DNA from: Patescibacteria group bacterium
GTDB taxonomy: Bacteria > Patescibacteriota > Patescibacteriia > UBA1558 > GWA2-36-10
Direction of reading: 5' to 3'
Assembly (NCBI GenBank): GCA_041662585.1
Contig: JBAZSG010000005.1
Span: 68,181-132,180 of the forward strand
Length of the DNA: 64,000 bases
Shown: one piece after another, positions 1 to 9,292 of the stretch
How positions within the stretch are numbered: position 1 is the first letter of the stretch
Layout: each line of letters opens with the position of its first letter
Position numbers and translations under genes: made by a program
The notes under the pieces: model-generated
What the model saw: only the letters and a program-made list of their open reading frames with translations
Database searches by the model: none
Told to the model about the DNA's origin: nothing

Positions 1-930
1 AACCCAACTTCTCCGGTGATAGTTGGTTCAGTTGATACACCTAATTATGCTATAGACGTTGTTGTTTCTGATAACTATGCTTATGTGGCAGACATAAGTT
101 CTGGTCTTCAGATCATCGATGTCAGCAATCCAACTTCGCCAACAATAGTTGGTTCAGTTGATACACCGAATAGGGCTTATGAGGTTATTTTAATGAATAA
201 TCTTGTATTGCTAGCTGATCGGTATTCTGGTCTTCAGATCATCGATGTCAGCAATCCAACTTCGCCAACAATAGTTGGTTCAGTTGATACACCACATGAC
301 GCAATGGATCTAGGTGTATTCGGCGATTACGTATGTGTTGCTGATAACAATGCTGGATTAGTAGTCATTTCGTTTGATTGTGCGTTGTATCTGAAAGCGG
401 GCTTTGTTAGTGATGTTATTTCGGGCTCGGTTCCTTTGACAGTTCAGTTTACTGACCAGTCAGTAGGTAATTTCACATCTTGGTTCTGGGATTTTGGTGA
501 TGGTACTACGTCAACTCAGCAAAATCCAAAACACACATATATAGGAGGCGGAAATTGTAACGTTAGTCTGACTGTCAGCGATGGCAATATTACTAACACC
601 AAGACAATTGAAAACTTCATTACAGTCAGAATCAAGAACTTCAAAGACGATCCCAAAATAGAACTAGCTGAAAACTATCCCAACCCTTTTAATCCTAGTA
701 CTACTATTAGTTATTCGTTGCCAACATCGCAACATGTTAGCCTGGTGGTTTATAATATACTAGGTCAAACAGTAACTACTTTAGTAGATGGTATGAAGGA
801 AGCGGGTGAGCATTCAGTAATTTGGGATGGTCGTAATGATCATGGTAGCCCAGTTTCTTCGGGGATGTATTTTTACCGATTAACTACTACCGAGAATTCA
901 ATTGTCCGTAAAATGATCTTACTCAAGTGA
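1..930 (+). CDS. LVIVD-repeat + PKD + FlgD-Ig/T9SS-type C-terminal domain protein (5' truncated by window)
   Basis: 42-aa repeats (GLQIIDVSNPTSPTIVGSVDT), PKD motif WDFGDG, C-terminal NYPNPFNPSTTISY...WDGRN...SGMYFYRL...KMILLK; frame is open from base 1. Confidence 0.85.
   Translation, partial: NPTSPVIVGSVDTPNYAIDVVVSDNYAYVADISSGLQIIDVSNPTSPTIVGSVDTPNRAYEVILMNNLVLLADRYSGLQIIDVSNPTSPTIVGSVDTPHDAMDLGVFGDYVCVADNNAGLVVISFDCALYLKAGFVSDVISGSVPLTVQFTDQSVGNFTSWFWDFGDGTTSTQQNPKHTYIGGGNCNVSLTVSDGNITNTKTIENFITVRIKNFKDDPKIELAENYPNPFNPSTTISYSLPTSQHVSLVVYNILGQTVTTLVDGMKEAGEHSVIWDGRNDHGSPVSSGMYFYRLTTTENSIVRKMILLK
99..293 (+). repeat. Exact 69-bp intragenic direct repeat (99-167 and 225-293), 126-nt period
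   Basis: ttctggtcttcagatc...gttgatacacc occurs twice identically. Confidence 0.9.
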
Positions 931-961
931 GATTAAATTCCTTTCTATTTATTGTTTAATT

Positions 962-990
962 AACCCCATCTAGTTGATCTAGGTGGGGTT
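962..990 (+). terminator. Intrinsic terminator hairpin
   Basis: aaccccatctag-ttgat-ctaggtggggtt followed by T-rich tract. Confidence 0.7.
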
Positions 991-996
991 ATTTTA

Positions 997-1025
997 TTGA
1001 CAAAAGTAGTTAAAATGATTATATT
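997..1025 (+). promoter_or_regulatory. Sigma70-type promoter of the sensor cluster
   Basis: TTGACA-N17-TATATT. Confidence 0.55.
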
Positions 1026-1060
1026 AATTATAGACGGCGTTTAATTTTTGACGGCTAACT

Positions 1061-2446
1061 ATGGATTTATCTGCTTTAATTCTATTTTGTGTATATTTGG
1101 TAAATATTATTTTACTAATTTTTATACTTTTTTATAAAAATAGGCCAAGATCATGGCCTTTTTTTTGGATGTTGTTTTTGATTGTCATTTGGCAAAGTAC
1201 AGAATTATTGAATATTATATGGTTTGTTGATTTAGAGGAGCCTATATTATTATTTAGTGTACAAGCTGGAATTTTACCAACTCTATATTTAGCTCCAGCC
1301 TTTGTCAGGCTAGCCTACTCTTTATTTGGTAAATGGAAAAATGTCTCCAATTTCAAAAAATTTTTATGGTGGCTACCTTCTATAATCATGTCATTTTTTG
1401 TTTTTACGCCATACAATTTAAAAGATTTGATGGTGATTAATAGTAGATTTTATTATGTAACTGGTCCTTTGTATTACTTTTTTGCTGTTTATTTTGTCTC
1501 TGCTTTAGCTTATGGGCTATATTTTTTGGCCAAAAATAGAAAAATGTCTGGACCAATTGTTCGTCGTCAAGTTGCATATATTTTTGCGGCTGTTGCCATT
1601 GCGGCTGTCGCTGGATTGATATTTAATATAATTTTCCCGATACTGGGAATGTATGATTTATATTATTTAGGAGTAAACAGCACCATATTTTTTACTGTGA
1701 TTATGACTTACGCCTTGTTTAGATATCGGTTTTTCAATTTAAAAATGTTTGGCTACCAAATTTTTATGAATTTTTTTAAGTTGTTGGTTACAGTTTTTAT
1801 ATACTATATTTTATATCTATTATTCCATAGTGTAGTCATGATTGATTTTAGTATTTTTCAAAACATAGTATTTTTCTTGATGGTGATTGGCCTCACAGCT
1901 CCTTTTGTATTCAATATAGTCAGTCGTTTGTCACTGGCGTTATTTTTGAGCCCAAACAATGATATTAAAGTAGCGATTGATAGGATAGTTGATATTTTAA
2001 GATCTAGCCGTGATTTGGATGTCTTGTTATCCAGATTATCCAAGGAGATTGATCGAGTGGTAGATTTTAAGGAAATGTTTGTTTACTTTTCCAAGAAAAA
2101 AGACTTAGATGTTTTTTATCAGATTTTTCCAGTAGGTGAGAGGTTGTTGAATAAAGCTGATAGTAATTTGATAGATTATTTATCTAGAAAAAAGCAAATA
2201 GCCAATTTAGCAGAGATAGATTATTTTTTTGCTGATAAAGGCTTGATTGAAGAGATGAAAGAAATGCGAGTGGATGTAGCTTTACCGATTTTTTACAATA
2301 AGCAGCTTTTGGGAATTTTGTTGCTAGACAACGACGGTAAGCTTTTATCCATACAAGAACTGCAATTTTTGGGAGAATTGAATAAATATTTGGATATTGC
2401 CGTTGGTTCGTTATTGCTTTATCAACAGGACTTATCAAATAAATAA
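1061..2446 (+). CDS. HisKA_7TM-type membrane sensor + GAF-like domain, no kinase domain
   Basis: Multi-TM N-terminus ending YALFRYRFF, C-terminal GAF-like segment (VALPIFYNKQLLGILLL); parallels N-half of 9293..12136. Confidence 0.7.
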   Translation: MDLSALILFCVYLVNIILLIFILFYKNRPRSWPFFWMLFLIVIWQSTELLNIIWFVDLEEPILLFSVQAGILPTLYLAPAFVRLAYSLFGKWKNVSNFKKFLWWLPSIIMSFFVFTPYNLKDLMVINSRFYYVTGPLYYFFAVYFVSALAYGLYFLAKNRKMSGPIVRRQVAYIFAAVAIAAVAGLIFNIIFPILGMYDLYYLGVNSTIFFTVIMTYALFRYRFFNLKMFGYQIFMNFFKLLVTVFIYYILYLLFHSVVMIDFSIFQNIVFFLMVIGLTAPFVFNIVSRLSLALFLSPNNDIKVAIDRIVDILRSSRDLDVLLSRLSKEIDRVVDFKEMFVYFSKKKDLDVFYQIFPVGERLLNKADSNLIDYLSRKKQIANLAEIDYFFADKGLIEEMKEMRVDVALPIFYNKQLLGILLLDNDGKLLSIQELQFLGELNKYLDIAVGSLLLYQQDLSNK

Positions 2447-2459
2447 TTAAAACATAGTT

Positions 2460-3140
2460 ATGAGTATTCAAAACCTTACTTTATTAATCGCAGGAATTAT
2501 AAATTTAATAATGAGCGTTTTAGTTTTTGCCAGAGGCATAAAACATAACAAAGTTAATTTTTATTTTTCATTACTTACTTTTTTTAACTTTTTGTGGGCG
2601 ATAAGTTTATTCATTTTTAGTATTCATTATAGTTATAATGTTGATTTATTTTTTGCATCATTTATAAATGTGGGAGCTATATTTCTTGTGTGGGCTTTGT
2701 TTTATTTTTCTATTTATTTTCCATATCAAATTTTTAAATTATCAAAAGTAATATTTATCTCTACTAATTTTTTAGTAGTTATCTTTAGTATATTCTTAAT
2801 AGTATATTATAAAATTTTTATTACAGAACTACTTCCTAACGACATTATTCATTATAGTTTTATTCCATATTTATTATTGACTATAATTATAATATTTTTT
2901 ATGTTAGCTTCTATTATTATATTATCTATTAAATATAATAGGGCAGAAGGTATATTCAAAAATCAAATCGCTTTAATTTTAATTACGGTTATTATTGGTG
3001 GTGTTGTTGGTGGATTTTTTGATTTATTTTTGATGTATTTTGATAATTTTAAATATTATCATCTAGGACCGTTAGCAGCTTTGCTTATTAATTTGGTGGC
3101 TTTTTATTTAATTTTTTTAAAAGGTAAACAATTATCATAA
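2460..3140 (+). CDS. Stand-alone HisKA_7TM-type membrane domain protein
   Basis: About 7 TM segments, starts MSIQNLTL, paralog of next ORF. Confidence 0.7.
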   Translation: MSIQNLTLLIAGIINLIMSVLVFARGIKHNKVNFYFSLLTFFNFLWAISLFIFSIHYSYNVDLFFASFINVGAIFLVWALFYFSIYFPYQIFKLSKVIFISTNFLVVIFSIFLIVYYKIFITELLPNDIIHYSFIPYLLLTIIIIFFMLASIIILSIKYNRAEGIFKNQIALILITVIIGGVVGGFFDLFLMYFDNFKYYHLGPLAALLINLVAFYLIFLKGKQLS

Positions 3141-3145
3141 AATAT

Positions 3146-3829
3146 ATGAGCATTCAAAATCTTACTTTAATAGTTGCTGGGGCTATCAATCTGATAATGA
3201 GCATTCTGGTTTTTTCCAGAGGTGTCAGACACAGCAAAATCAATCTTTATTTTAGTTTTTTAACTTTTTTTAATTTTTTGTGGGCGATTGGTTTATGGTT
3301 ATCTAGATCATTTACAGATTTAGATTTAACATCTATTTTTGCTAGAAGTACATATGTATCAGCCATAGCTATTGTTATTTCTCTTTTATATTTTGTAGTG
3401 CACTTCCCTAATAAAATAAAAGTATTATCAATTAAATTAAAATTTATCGTTTGGTTACCAGCAATTTTTTTAGTATTTATAATATATTCAAAATTATTTA
3501 TTACGCATTTTGTTAATAGCTATAGTGAATATGAATATATAAGTTATTTTTATAAACCATTTTATTGGGTCTATTTTGTTTATTTTATTTCAATTGCTTT
3601 ATTATCTCTTTATTTTTTGTGGCAAAAATATAAAGTAGTTGAAGGATTATTTAAAAAACAGGTGAAATTTTTATTTTTAGCTATTTTAGTAGCTTTTATT
3701 TTTGGAGTTCATTTTGATTTATTTTTATTATATTTTGGTGATTTTAGATTTAATTGGCTTGGACCAATATTCACAGTATTTATTAATGCTTGTGTTTTTT
3801 ATTTCATATTTCCTAAACAAGAAAAGTAA
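3146..3829 (+). CDS. Stand-alone HisKA_7TM-type membrane domain protein (paralog)
   Basis: MSIQNLTL...FSFLTFFNFLWAI, near-identical N-terminus to previous ORF. Confidence 0.7.
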   Translation: MSIQNLTLIVAGAINLIMSILVFSRGVRHSKINLYFSFLTFFNFLWAIGLWLSRSFTDLDLTSIFARSTYVSAIAIVISLLYFVVHFPNKIKVLSIKLKFIVWLPAIFLVFIIYSKLFITHFVNSYSEYEYISYFYKPFYWVYFVYFISIALLSLYFLWQKYKVVEGLFKKQVKFLFLAILVAFIFGVHFDLFLLYFGDFRFNWLGPIFTVFINACVFYFIFPKQEK

Positions 3830-3832
3830 TTT

Positions 3833-4816
3833 ATGCCTAAAAATAATAAAAAAATATTTTTGTTTTTAGCCGGAGGTACTTGTATTTTTACAGAAGCTGG
3901 GCATATTTTTTCTGTAAAATCTCAAGATGATATTGAAGATTGGCTGGCTCAGATGCCGGAGTTGAATATTTTGGCTGATATTGAGCCAGTGTTTATCAGT
4001 GGTGAAGACGATTTGATTGGTCCAAATATTTGGCAGACAATAGCCAAGGAGATTATCAAAAGATCTGAAGAAGCCGATGGTTTTGTAATAGTGTCCAAGA
4101 TAGATCAGTTGATAAATACTTCTTTGGCACTGACTTTTGCTTTACAAAATTTGAAAAAAACCATAATTACCACCACCTCCAGAATCAGTGGCAGTAATTT
4201 TATTGATAAAAAAGAAGTTATCAGTAACCTCAAAAATAAATATGGCGGACTTAGTCTCAGATCCAATCTTATCAATGCTATTCAAGTGGCTCAGCAACCA
4301 TTGCCTGCTCCAGCTATTATGTTTGGTACGCGGTTGATAGCAGCTACTAGAGCCATTTTTGATCCACTAGGAGATGTCAATGTTTTTTCCAGTATCAGTG
4401 ATTGTTGGGGTAAGGTTGATTTTGGTATTAATGTCAAATCAAACTTGAAATATAATCAACAAAAAGCCAAAATTTATTCAGACAAATTGGCTGATATTTT
4501 GGTTTTTGATGATATACCAGGCGTACCGTGGTCTTTTGACAGACGAGCACTCACTGCTTATCGTGGTATATTTATCAAAGTAGATTCTTATCAAAAATTG
4601 GGAAAAAACAAGCAAGAGCAAATTATCAAGTGGAAAATGCCAATAGTCTTATATAATTATCACCTGACATCAACTAGTAAGGGAGCAATCAGTGTGTCAA
4701 ATTGTACATTCAATACAGCTCTCATCAAAACAATGTGGGCCTTGAGCAATGAATTCAATAAAAAGGATTTTGAAAATATAATGACCCAAAATATTATTGA
4801 AGAATTTTTAAATTAA
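3833..4816 (+). CDS. Asparaginase-fold protein, probably catalytically degenerate
   Basis: AGGT N-terminal motif, DGFVIV, NLINA; HGTDT position reads SKIDQ. Confidence 0.65.
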   Translation: MPKNNKKIFLFLAGGTCIFTEAGHIFSVKSQDDIEDWLAQMPELNILADIEPVFISGEDDLIGPNIWQTIAKEIIKRSEEADGFVIVSKIDQLINTSLALTFALQNLKKTIITTTSRISGSNFIDKKEVISNLKNKYGGLSLRSNLINAIQVAQQPLPAPAIMFGTRLIAATRAIFDPLGDVNVFSSISDCWGKVDFGINVKSNLKYNQQKAKIYSDKLADILVFDDIPGVPWSFDRRALTAYRGIFIKVDSYQKLGKNKQEQIIKWKMPIVLYNYHLTSTSKGAISVSNCTFNTALIKTMWALSNEFNKKDFENIMTQNIIEEFLN

Positions 4817-4820
4817 TAAC

Positions 4821-5393
4821 ATGAAAATATATTTTTATAGTAATCAATATTTAAATAATCCAGATGCTAAGGATGCAATGCTTTGTTTTAAAAAAGCTGG
4901 AGCTGATGTATTAAATAATCTAAGTCCAAATGTAGACGGCGGTGTAGCTGGAGGATCTTTGGACAGAGTAGATGCTTTTGTTTTTCAAGGAGACAAGTTG
5001 GATACCAAAGCTAGTTATTTAATTGCTTTAGTTTTGGCTCAAAATAAAGAAGTTTTGTGTCTTTTACCAAAGGGGGCCAAATTGGATACTTCTTTGAAAG
5101 ATTTGGAAGCAGATAGTAAATTGGCCAAAAAAATACATATTGAGCTATATAGCAAAGATGATTTAAAAGAAAAGATTTTGTCTTTTTTAAAAATTATTGA
5201 TAATGGCAGTATTCGTAATCTTTTTAACATAAAATATACTTTGCGTATTTCAGGAAAAATAGCTGATTATCTAAATTGGAAAGCAAATAAAGAAAATATT
5301 AAAAAAGCAGATTGGATAAGAGATCAAATTCAGTGTATTGTGCAAGATGATAAAGAGTATCAAGAGTTTTTGAATAATAAATTTAATGGTTAA
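4821..5393 (+). CDS. Nucleoside-2-deoxyribosyltransferase-like domain + C-terminal ribbon-helix-helix; putative regulator
   Basis: DAFVF...SYLIALVLAQNKEVLCL pattern; C-terminal YTLRISGKIADYLNWKA...KADWIRDQI. Confidence 0.45.
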   Translation: MKIYFYSNQYLNNPDAKDAMLCFKKAGADVLNNLSPNVDGGVAGGSLDRVDAFVFQGDKLDTKASYLIALVLAQNKEVLCLLPKGAKLDTSLKDLEADSKLAKKIHIELYSKDDLKEKILSFLKIIDNGSIRNLFNIKYTLRISGKIADYLNWKANKENIKKADWIRDQIQCIVQDDKEYQEFLNNKFNG

Positions 5394-5425
5394 GGTTCAA
5401 TATTTGTGGTAAAATTATTATAAAT

Positions 5426-7132
5426 ATGACTATTGCCAAAAGATACAAAAGTATTGCTGAAAAATTTGGAGCCAACATCGCTTTGGCTTATCTTGTTGAC
5501 GGTCAATATAAAACCATCAGCTATAATGATTTAGATATTTATCGTGAGCGTTTGGCTGATATTTGGCATAAGCTTGGTTTCAAAAAAGGAGAAACACTAG
5601 CTATAATGTTGCCCAATGCTCCAGAGTGGATTATTAGCGATTTGGCGGCTGCTACTTTAGGATTAATTGTTGTGCCATTACACACTACCTACAATGGAGA
5701 ATATCTCAAAAAGATGATCAAACATTCTGGTAGTAAATATTTGGTAATTCATCAGGAATTTTTGGAAAAGCACAAAGCAGTCATTGATAGTTTGAACTTG
5801 GATAAGATTTTTATAGTCAATGGTCAAAAAGATTTTGTAGAAAAAAATATTTCTCTTTGGCCAGACTTGGACGAGGCTAGATCGCTGTCACCAATTGATA
5901 CAATAGTATCTTCTGATGACATTCATACTATTATCTATACTTCTGGCACTACTGGCGATCCCAAGGGAGTGATGCTGACTCACAAAAATTTTATTGTAGA
6001 TGTGGAATCAGCCAAGCGTAGTGTGGCAATCTATGCTAGCGACAGATTTTTTTCTTTTTTGCCCTTGTCACATATTTTTGAAAGAACCGCTGGTTACTAT
6101 ACACCACTTTTTACTGGTGCCAGCGTGTATTTTGCCCAGAGTAGTAAAACTATTATTGATGATATAAAAAAAGCTCAACCCACCATATTAAATAGCGTGC
6201 CACGCATTTTTGAAAAAGTCCACGACAAGGTTTTTGATAAAATACAAAATGGTGGACATTTAAAAAGAAAGTTATTTTTTGAGGCTGTACAAATGTCAGT
6301 GGACAAAAGAAAAGGCAATTTGAATTTTTTCAGGCATATTATTTGGAAAATTTTGGATTTGTTGGTATTAAAAAAAGTCAGGGGTGTGCTAGGTGGTAAA
6401 TTGCGTTTGGCTATTTCTGGTGGTGCATCATTGGATTTGAAGATAATAAAGTTTTTTGATAATTTGGGAATAAAAATTATTGAAGGTTATGGTATGACCG
6501 AGACTTCACCGATTATCGCTCTTAATAAAGTTGAAAATTCTAGACCCGGCACAGTCGGGCAGGCTATTGATTGCAATGAAGTTATGATTGGTGACAATAA
6601 AGAAATACTGCTAAGAGGGGCCAATGTCATGGCTGGTTATTATCAAGCTGAAGATTTGACTAGTGAGATTATAGATAAAGACGGTTGGCTACATACTGGT
6701 GATTTGGGTTTTATAGACAAAGATGGATTTATATCTATTATTGGTCGTTCCAAAGATGTGATAGTTTTGTCAACCGGCAAAAATATTTTTCCAGAAAGTA
6801 TAGAAAATGTTTTAAATGAAAGTCGCTACATTATTCAAAGTATGATCTATGGTGATAAACAAAAGCATATTTCAGCTTTTATAGTGCCAGATTTTGAACA
6901 ATTAAAACAATGGTGTGTTGAGCAGGGGATAAAATTTGATCTTAAAGATGAAAAAATTATAAAGTTTTATGAGGAAAAAATAAATGAAAGATTGAAAGAA
7001 AGCGCTAAAATAGAACAAATCAATTATTTTAAATTAATTCCCGAAGAATTTACTCAAGAAAATGGATTGCTGACACCAACTCTTAAACTTAGAAGGTATA
7101 AAATATTAGAAAAGTATGTTAATTATATTTAA
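5426..7132 (+). CDS. Long-chain acyl-CoA synthetase (AMP-binding family)
   Basis: YTSGTTGDPKG, EGYGMTET, GWLHTGDLG, LTPTLKLRR. Confidence 0.9.
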   Translation: MTIAKRYKSIAEKFGANIALAYLVDGQYKTISYNDLDIYRERLADIWHKLGFKKGETLAIMLPNAPEWIISDLAAATLGLIVVPLHTTYNGEYLKKMIKHSGSKYLVIHQEFLEKHKAVIDSLNLDKIFIVNGQKDFVEKNISLWPDLDEARSLSPIDTIVSSDDIHTIIYTSGTTGDPKGVMLTHKNFIVDVESAKRSVAIYASDRFFSFLPLSHIFERTAGYYTPLFTGASVYFAQSSKTIIDDIKKAQPTILNSVPRIFEKVHDKVFDKIQNGGHLKRKLFFEAVQMSVDKRKGNLNFFRHIIWKILDLLVLKKVRGVLGGKLRLAISGGASLDLKIIKFFDNLGIKIIEGYGMTETSPIIALNKVENSRPGTVGQAIDCNEVMIGDNKEILLRGANVMAGYYQAEDLTSEIIDKDGWLHTGDLGFIDKDGFISIIGRSKDVIVLSTGKNIFPESIENVLNESRYIIQSMIYGDKQKHISAFIVPDFEQLKQWCVEQGIKFDLKDEKIIKFYEEKINERLKESAKIEQINYFKLIPEEFTQENGLLTPTLKLRRYKILEKYVNYI

Positions 7133-7186
7133 ATAGTTATTTTATGAATTTTATGGTAATATAAATTTATAATTTATAGTTAATAT

Positions 7187-7328
7187 ATGTCTTATCAAAA
7201 TATTATTTTATTAATTATTGGTATTTTGAATATAGACATAGCCACACATAATATTTTATTGGCGTAATCGAGAAAATTTAGCTAATTTTTATTATAGTAT
7301 GATGGTTTTTATTCAAGAAATAACATAA
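7187..7328 (+). pseudogene. Frameshifted, truncated remnant of another 7TM paralog
   Basis: MSYQNIILLIIGILNI.. then shifted frame IIFYWRNRENLANFYYSMMVF; matches MSIQNLTLLIAGIINL..NKVNFYFSLLTF. Confidence 0.55.
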
Positions 7329-7342
7329 TATAGTTTAATTTT

Positions 7343-8191
7343 ATGCAAATAAATTTACCAAACATTGATCCAATTATCGTTTCTAGAGAAATACAAAATT
7401 TTATTATTCAACAGATTTTATCAGCAGGGAAGTCTGGTGGAGTGATTGGTTTAAGTGGTGGTATAGACTCCACTACTGTTGCTTATTTAGCAAAACAGGC
7501 TTTTGATAGTTATAATCAAAAACACAATAAAATAAAATTAAATTTATTTGGATTAATCATGCCATCTAAATCAAATAGTATAGAAGATGCAAAAGATGGA
7601 ATTAGAATAGCTAAAAATCTTGGAATTGATTATAGAGAAATAGCTATTGAATCTCTAGTAAGTAGTTTTACTAAGTTAATCCCAGATATTATTAGGGATG
7701 ATTATGATAAGGGTAATCTTCGTAGTGAAAGTAGGGCTATTATATTATCTAGAGTGGCCGCTGCAAAAAATAGTTTAATTTTAGGTACTGGTAATAGGGA
7801 TGAGGATTATTGTTTGGGTTATTTTACTAAGAGAGGCGATGGGCAAGTTGATATTAGTCCTATAGGGGATATTTCTAAAAGACATGTTAAAGAATTAGCT
7901 TCTTATTTAGGTGTACCAAAAGAATTAGTTGAACGCACTCCAACCGCTGGATTATGGCCAGGCCAAACTGATGAAAAAGAGTTGGGATTTAGTTATTTAG
8001 AAGCAGAAACGGTTATTGAGGGTAGGGATCAAGGTTTGAGTAGACAAGACATACAGAATATTACTAATTTTGGTTATGTGAGAAAAAAGAAGGAGGAAAA
8101 AATTTTTATTGTAGATAAAATATTAAACATGCATGAAATTAATAAATATAAATTACAAATGCCACCAGTGCCAAAGGTGACTAAATATTGA
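7343..8191 (+). CDS. nadE: NH3-dependent NAD+ synthetase family
   Basis: GLSGGIDS, GTGNRDE..GYFTKRGDG, PTAGLWPGQTDEKELG. Confidence 0.88.
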   Translation: MQINLPNIDPIIVSREIQNFIIQQILSAGKSGGVIGLSGGIDSTTVAYLAKQAFDSYNQKHNKIKLNLFGLIMPSKSNSIEDAKDGIRIAKNLGIDYREIAIESLVSSFTKLIPDIIRDDYDKGNLRSESRAIILSRVAAAKNSLILGTGNRDEDYCLGYFTKRGDGQVDISPIGDISKRHVKELASYLGVPKELVERTPTAGLWPGQTDEKELGFSYLEAETVIEGRDQGLSRQDIQNITNFGYVRKKKEEKIFIVDKILNMHEINKYKLQMPPVPKVTKY

Positions 8192-8192
8192 C

Positions 8193-9290
8193 ATGATTAT
8201 AGACCTTATCATTGGTTTACTACCAAAAAATATAGCCATTAAGTTATCCCAATTTTTTTTCGGAAAATTAGATTATTGTTTTTTAATACATTCAAGATAT
8301 TATTCTGATTTATATAGGAAATTTCCTTATTTTAAAATACTACCCAACTTTATTTTAAGAAGTATTGGCAGATATATGTGGCCATTAAGAGTTGGTTATA
8401 TTTATGGTTTAGATTTTAATAATAAAAAGAAAAATGGATTGTTTATTGGTTCACCTATGGATGCTAAAGATATGCTAGATAATAGAGATTTAGCAAAAAC
8501 CAAAATACTCAAAGCAGCAAATTTCGCAGAAAAATTAGGAGTTAAATATATTGGTTTAGGGGCGCTAAGTGCTTCTTTGACGAGGAACGGATTAGATGTA
8601 AAAGAGAAAATAAATTGTTTTGTAACAACAGGGCATTCTTTAACTGCCTGGGTTGTGTCTGACAATGCAATAAGAATTAAAAAAATTTTGAATAGAGATT
8701 TAACAATAGCTATAGTAGGAGCAGGAGGATCAATAGGATCTGCTTGTTATTATATTTTAAAGAGGCACTTCAAAAAAATAATTTTAATAGAAAAAAATTT
8801 AGAGAGGCTAAGAGAGAGAGTAAATTTGTCAGATCAAAACATTAAGAAGTATAGTCAAAATTTAGAAGATATTAAATTAGCAGATATTATAATTACAGCA
8901 ACTAACGCTCCTTATTCTATTATAGATAATATAAATCAATTAAAAAAAGGGACAATACTTATAGATGACGCCCAGCCAATTAATGTTTCTAGAAAAGTAA
9001 ATTCTCAAGAGTATAAAACTCTGGTTATTGAGGGTGGAGTTTGTAATTTAAACGGTATCAATTATAAACTAAATTTAGATTTATTGGATACAGGGGACAT
9101 GTTTAGTTGTATGGGCGAATTATTAGTATTAACTGCTTTAGATAGTAATGATGTCACTGTTGGATTTACAAATGAGAAAAGAGTTTTAGAAATATCAAAG
9201 ATGGCAGAACTTGTTGGTATTCATAGTGCTAGATTTAGATCTTTTGGTAAATTAGTAACAGATGATTATATAAAATATATTTTATCATAA
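8193..9290 (+). CDS. Rossmann-fold reductase, acyl-ACP-reductase/shikimate-DH-like family
   Basis: IGLGALSA, TTGHSLT, IVGAGGSIG, IDDAQP, IEGG, FSCMGE motifs. Confidence 0.6.
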   Translation: MIIDLIIGLLPKNIAIKLSQFFFGKLDYCFLIHSRYYSDLYRKFPYFKILPNFILRSIGRYMWPLRVGYIYGLDFNNKKKNGLFIGSPMDAKDMLDNRDLAKTKILKAANFAEKLGVKYIGLGALSASLTRNGLDVKEKINCFVTTGHSLTAWVVSDNAIRIKKILNRDLTIAIVGAGGSIGSACYYILKRHFKKIILIEKNLERLRERVNLSDQNIKKYSQNLEDIKLADIIITATNAPYSIIDNINQLKKGTILIDDAQPINVSRKVNSQEYKTLVIEGGVCNLNGINYKLNLDLLDTGDMFSCMGELLVLTALDSNDVTVGFTNEKRVLEISKMAELVGIHSARFRSFGKLVTDDYIKYILS

Positions 9291-9292
9291 AT

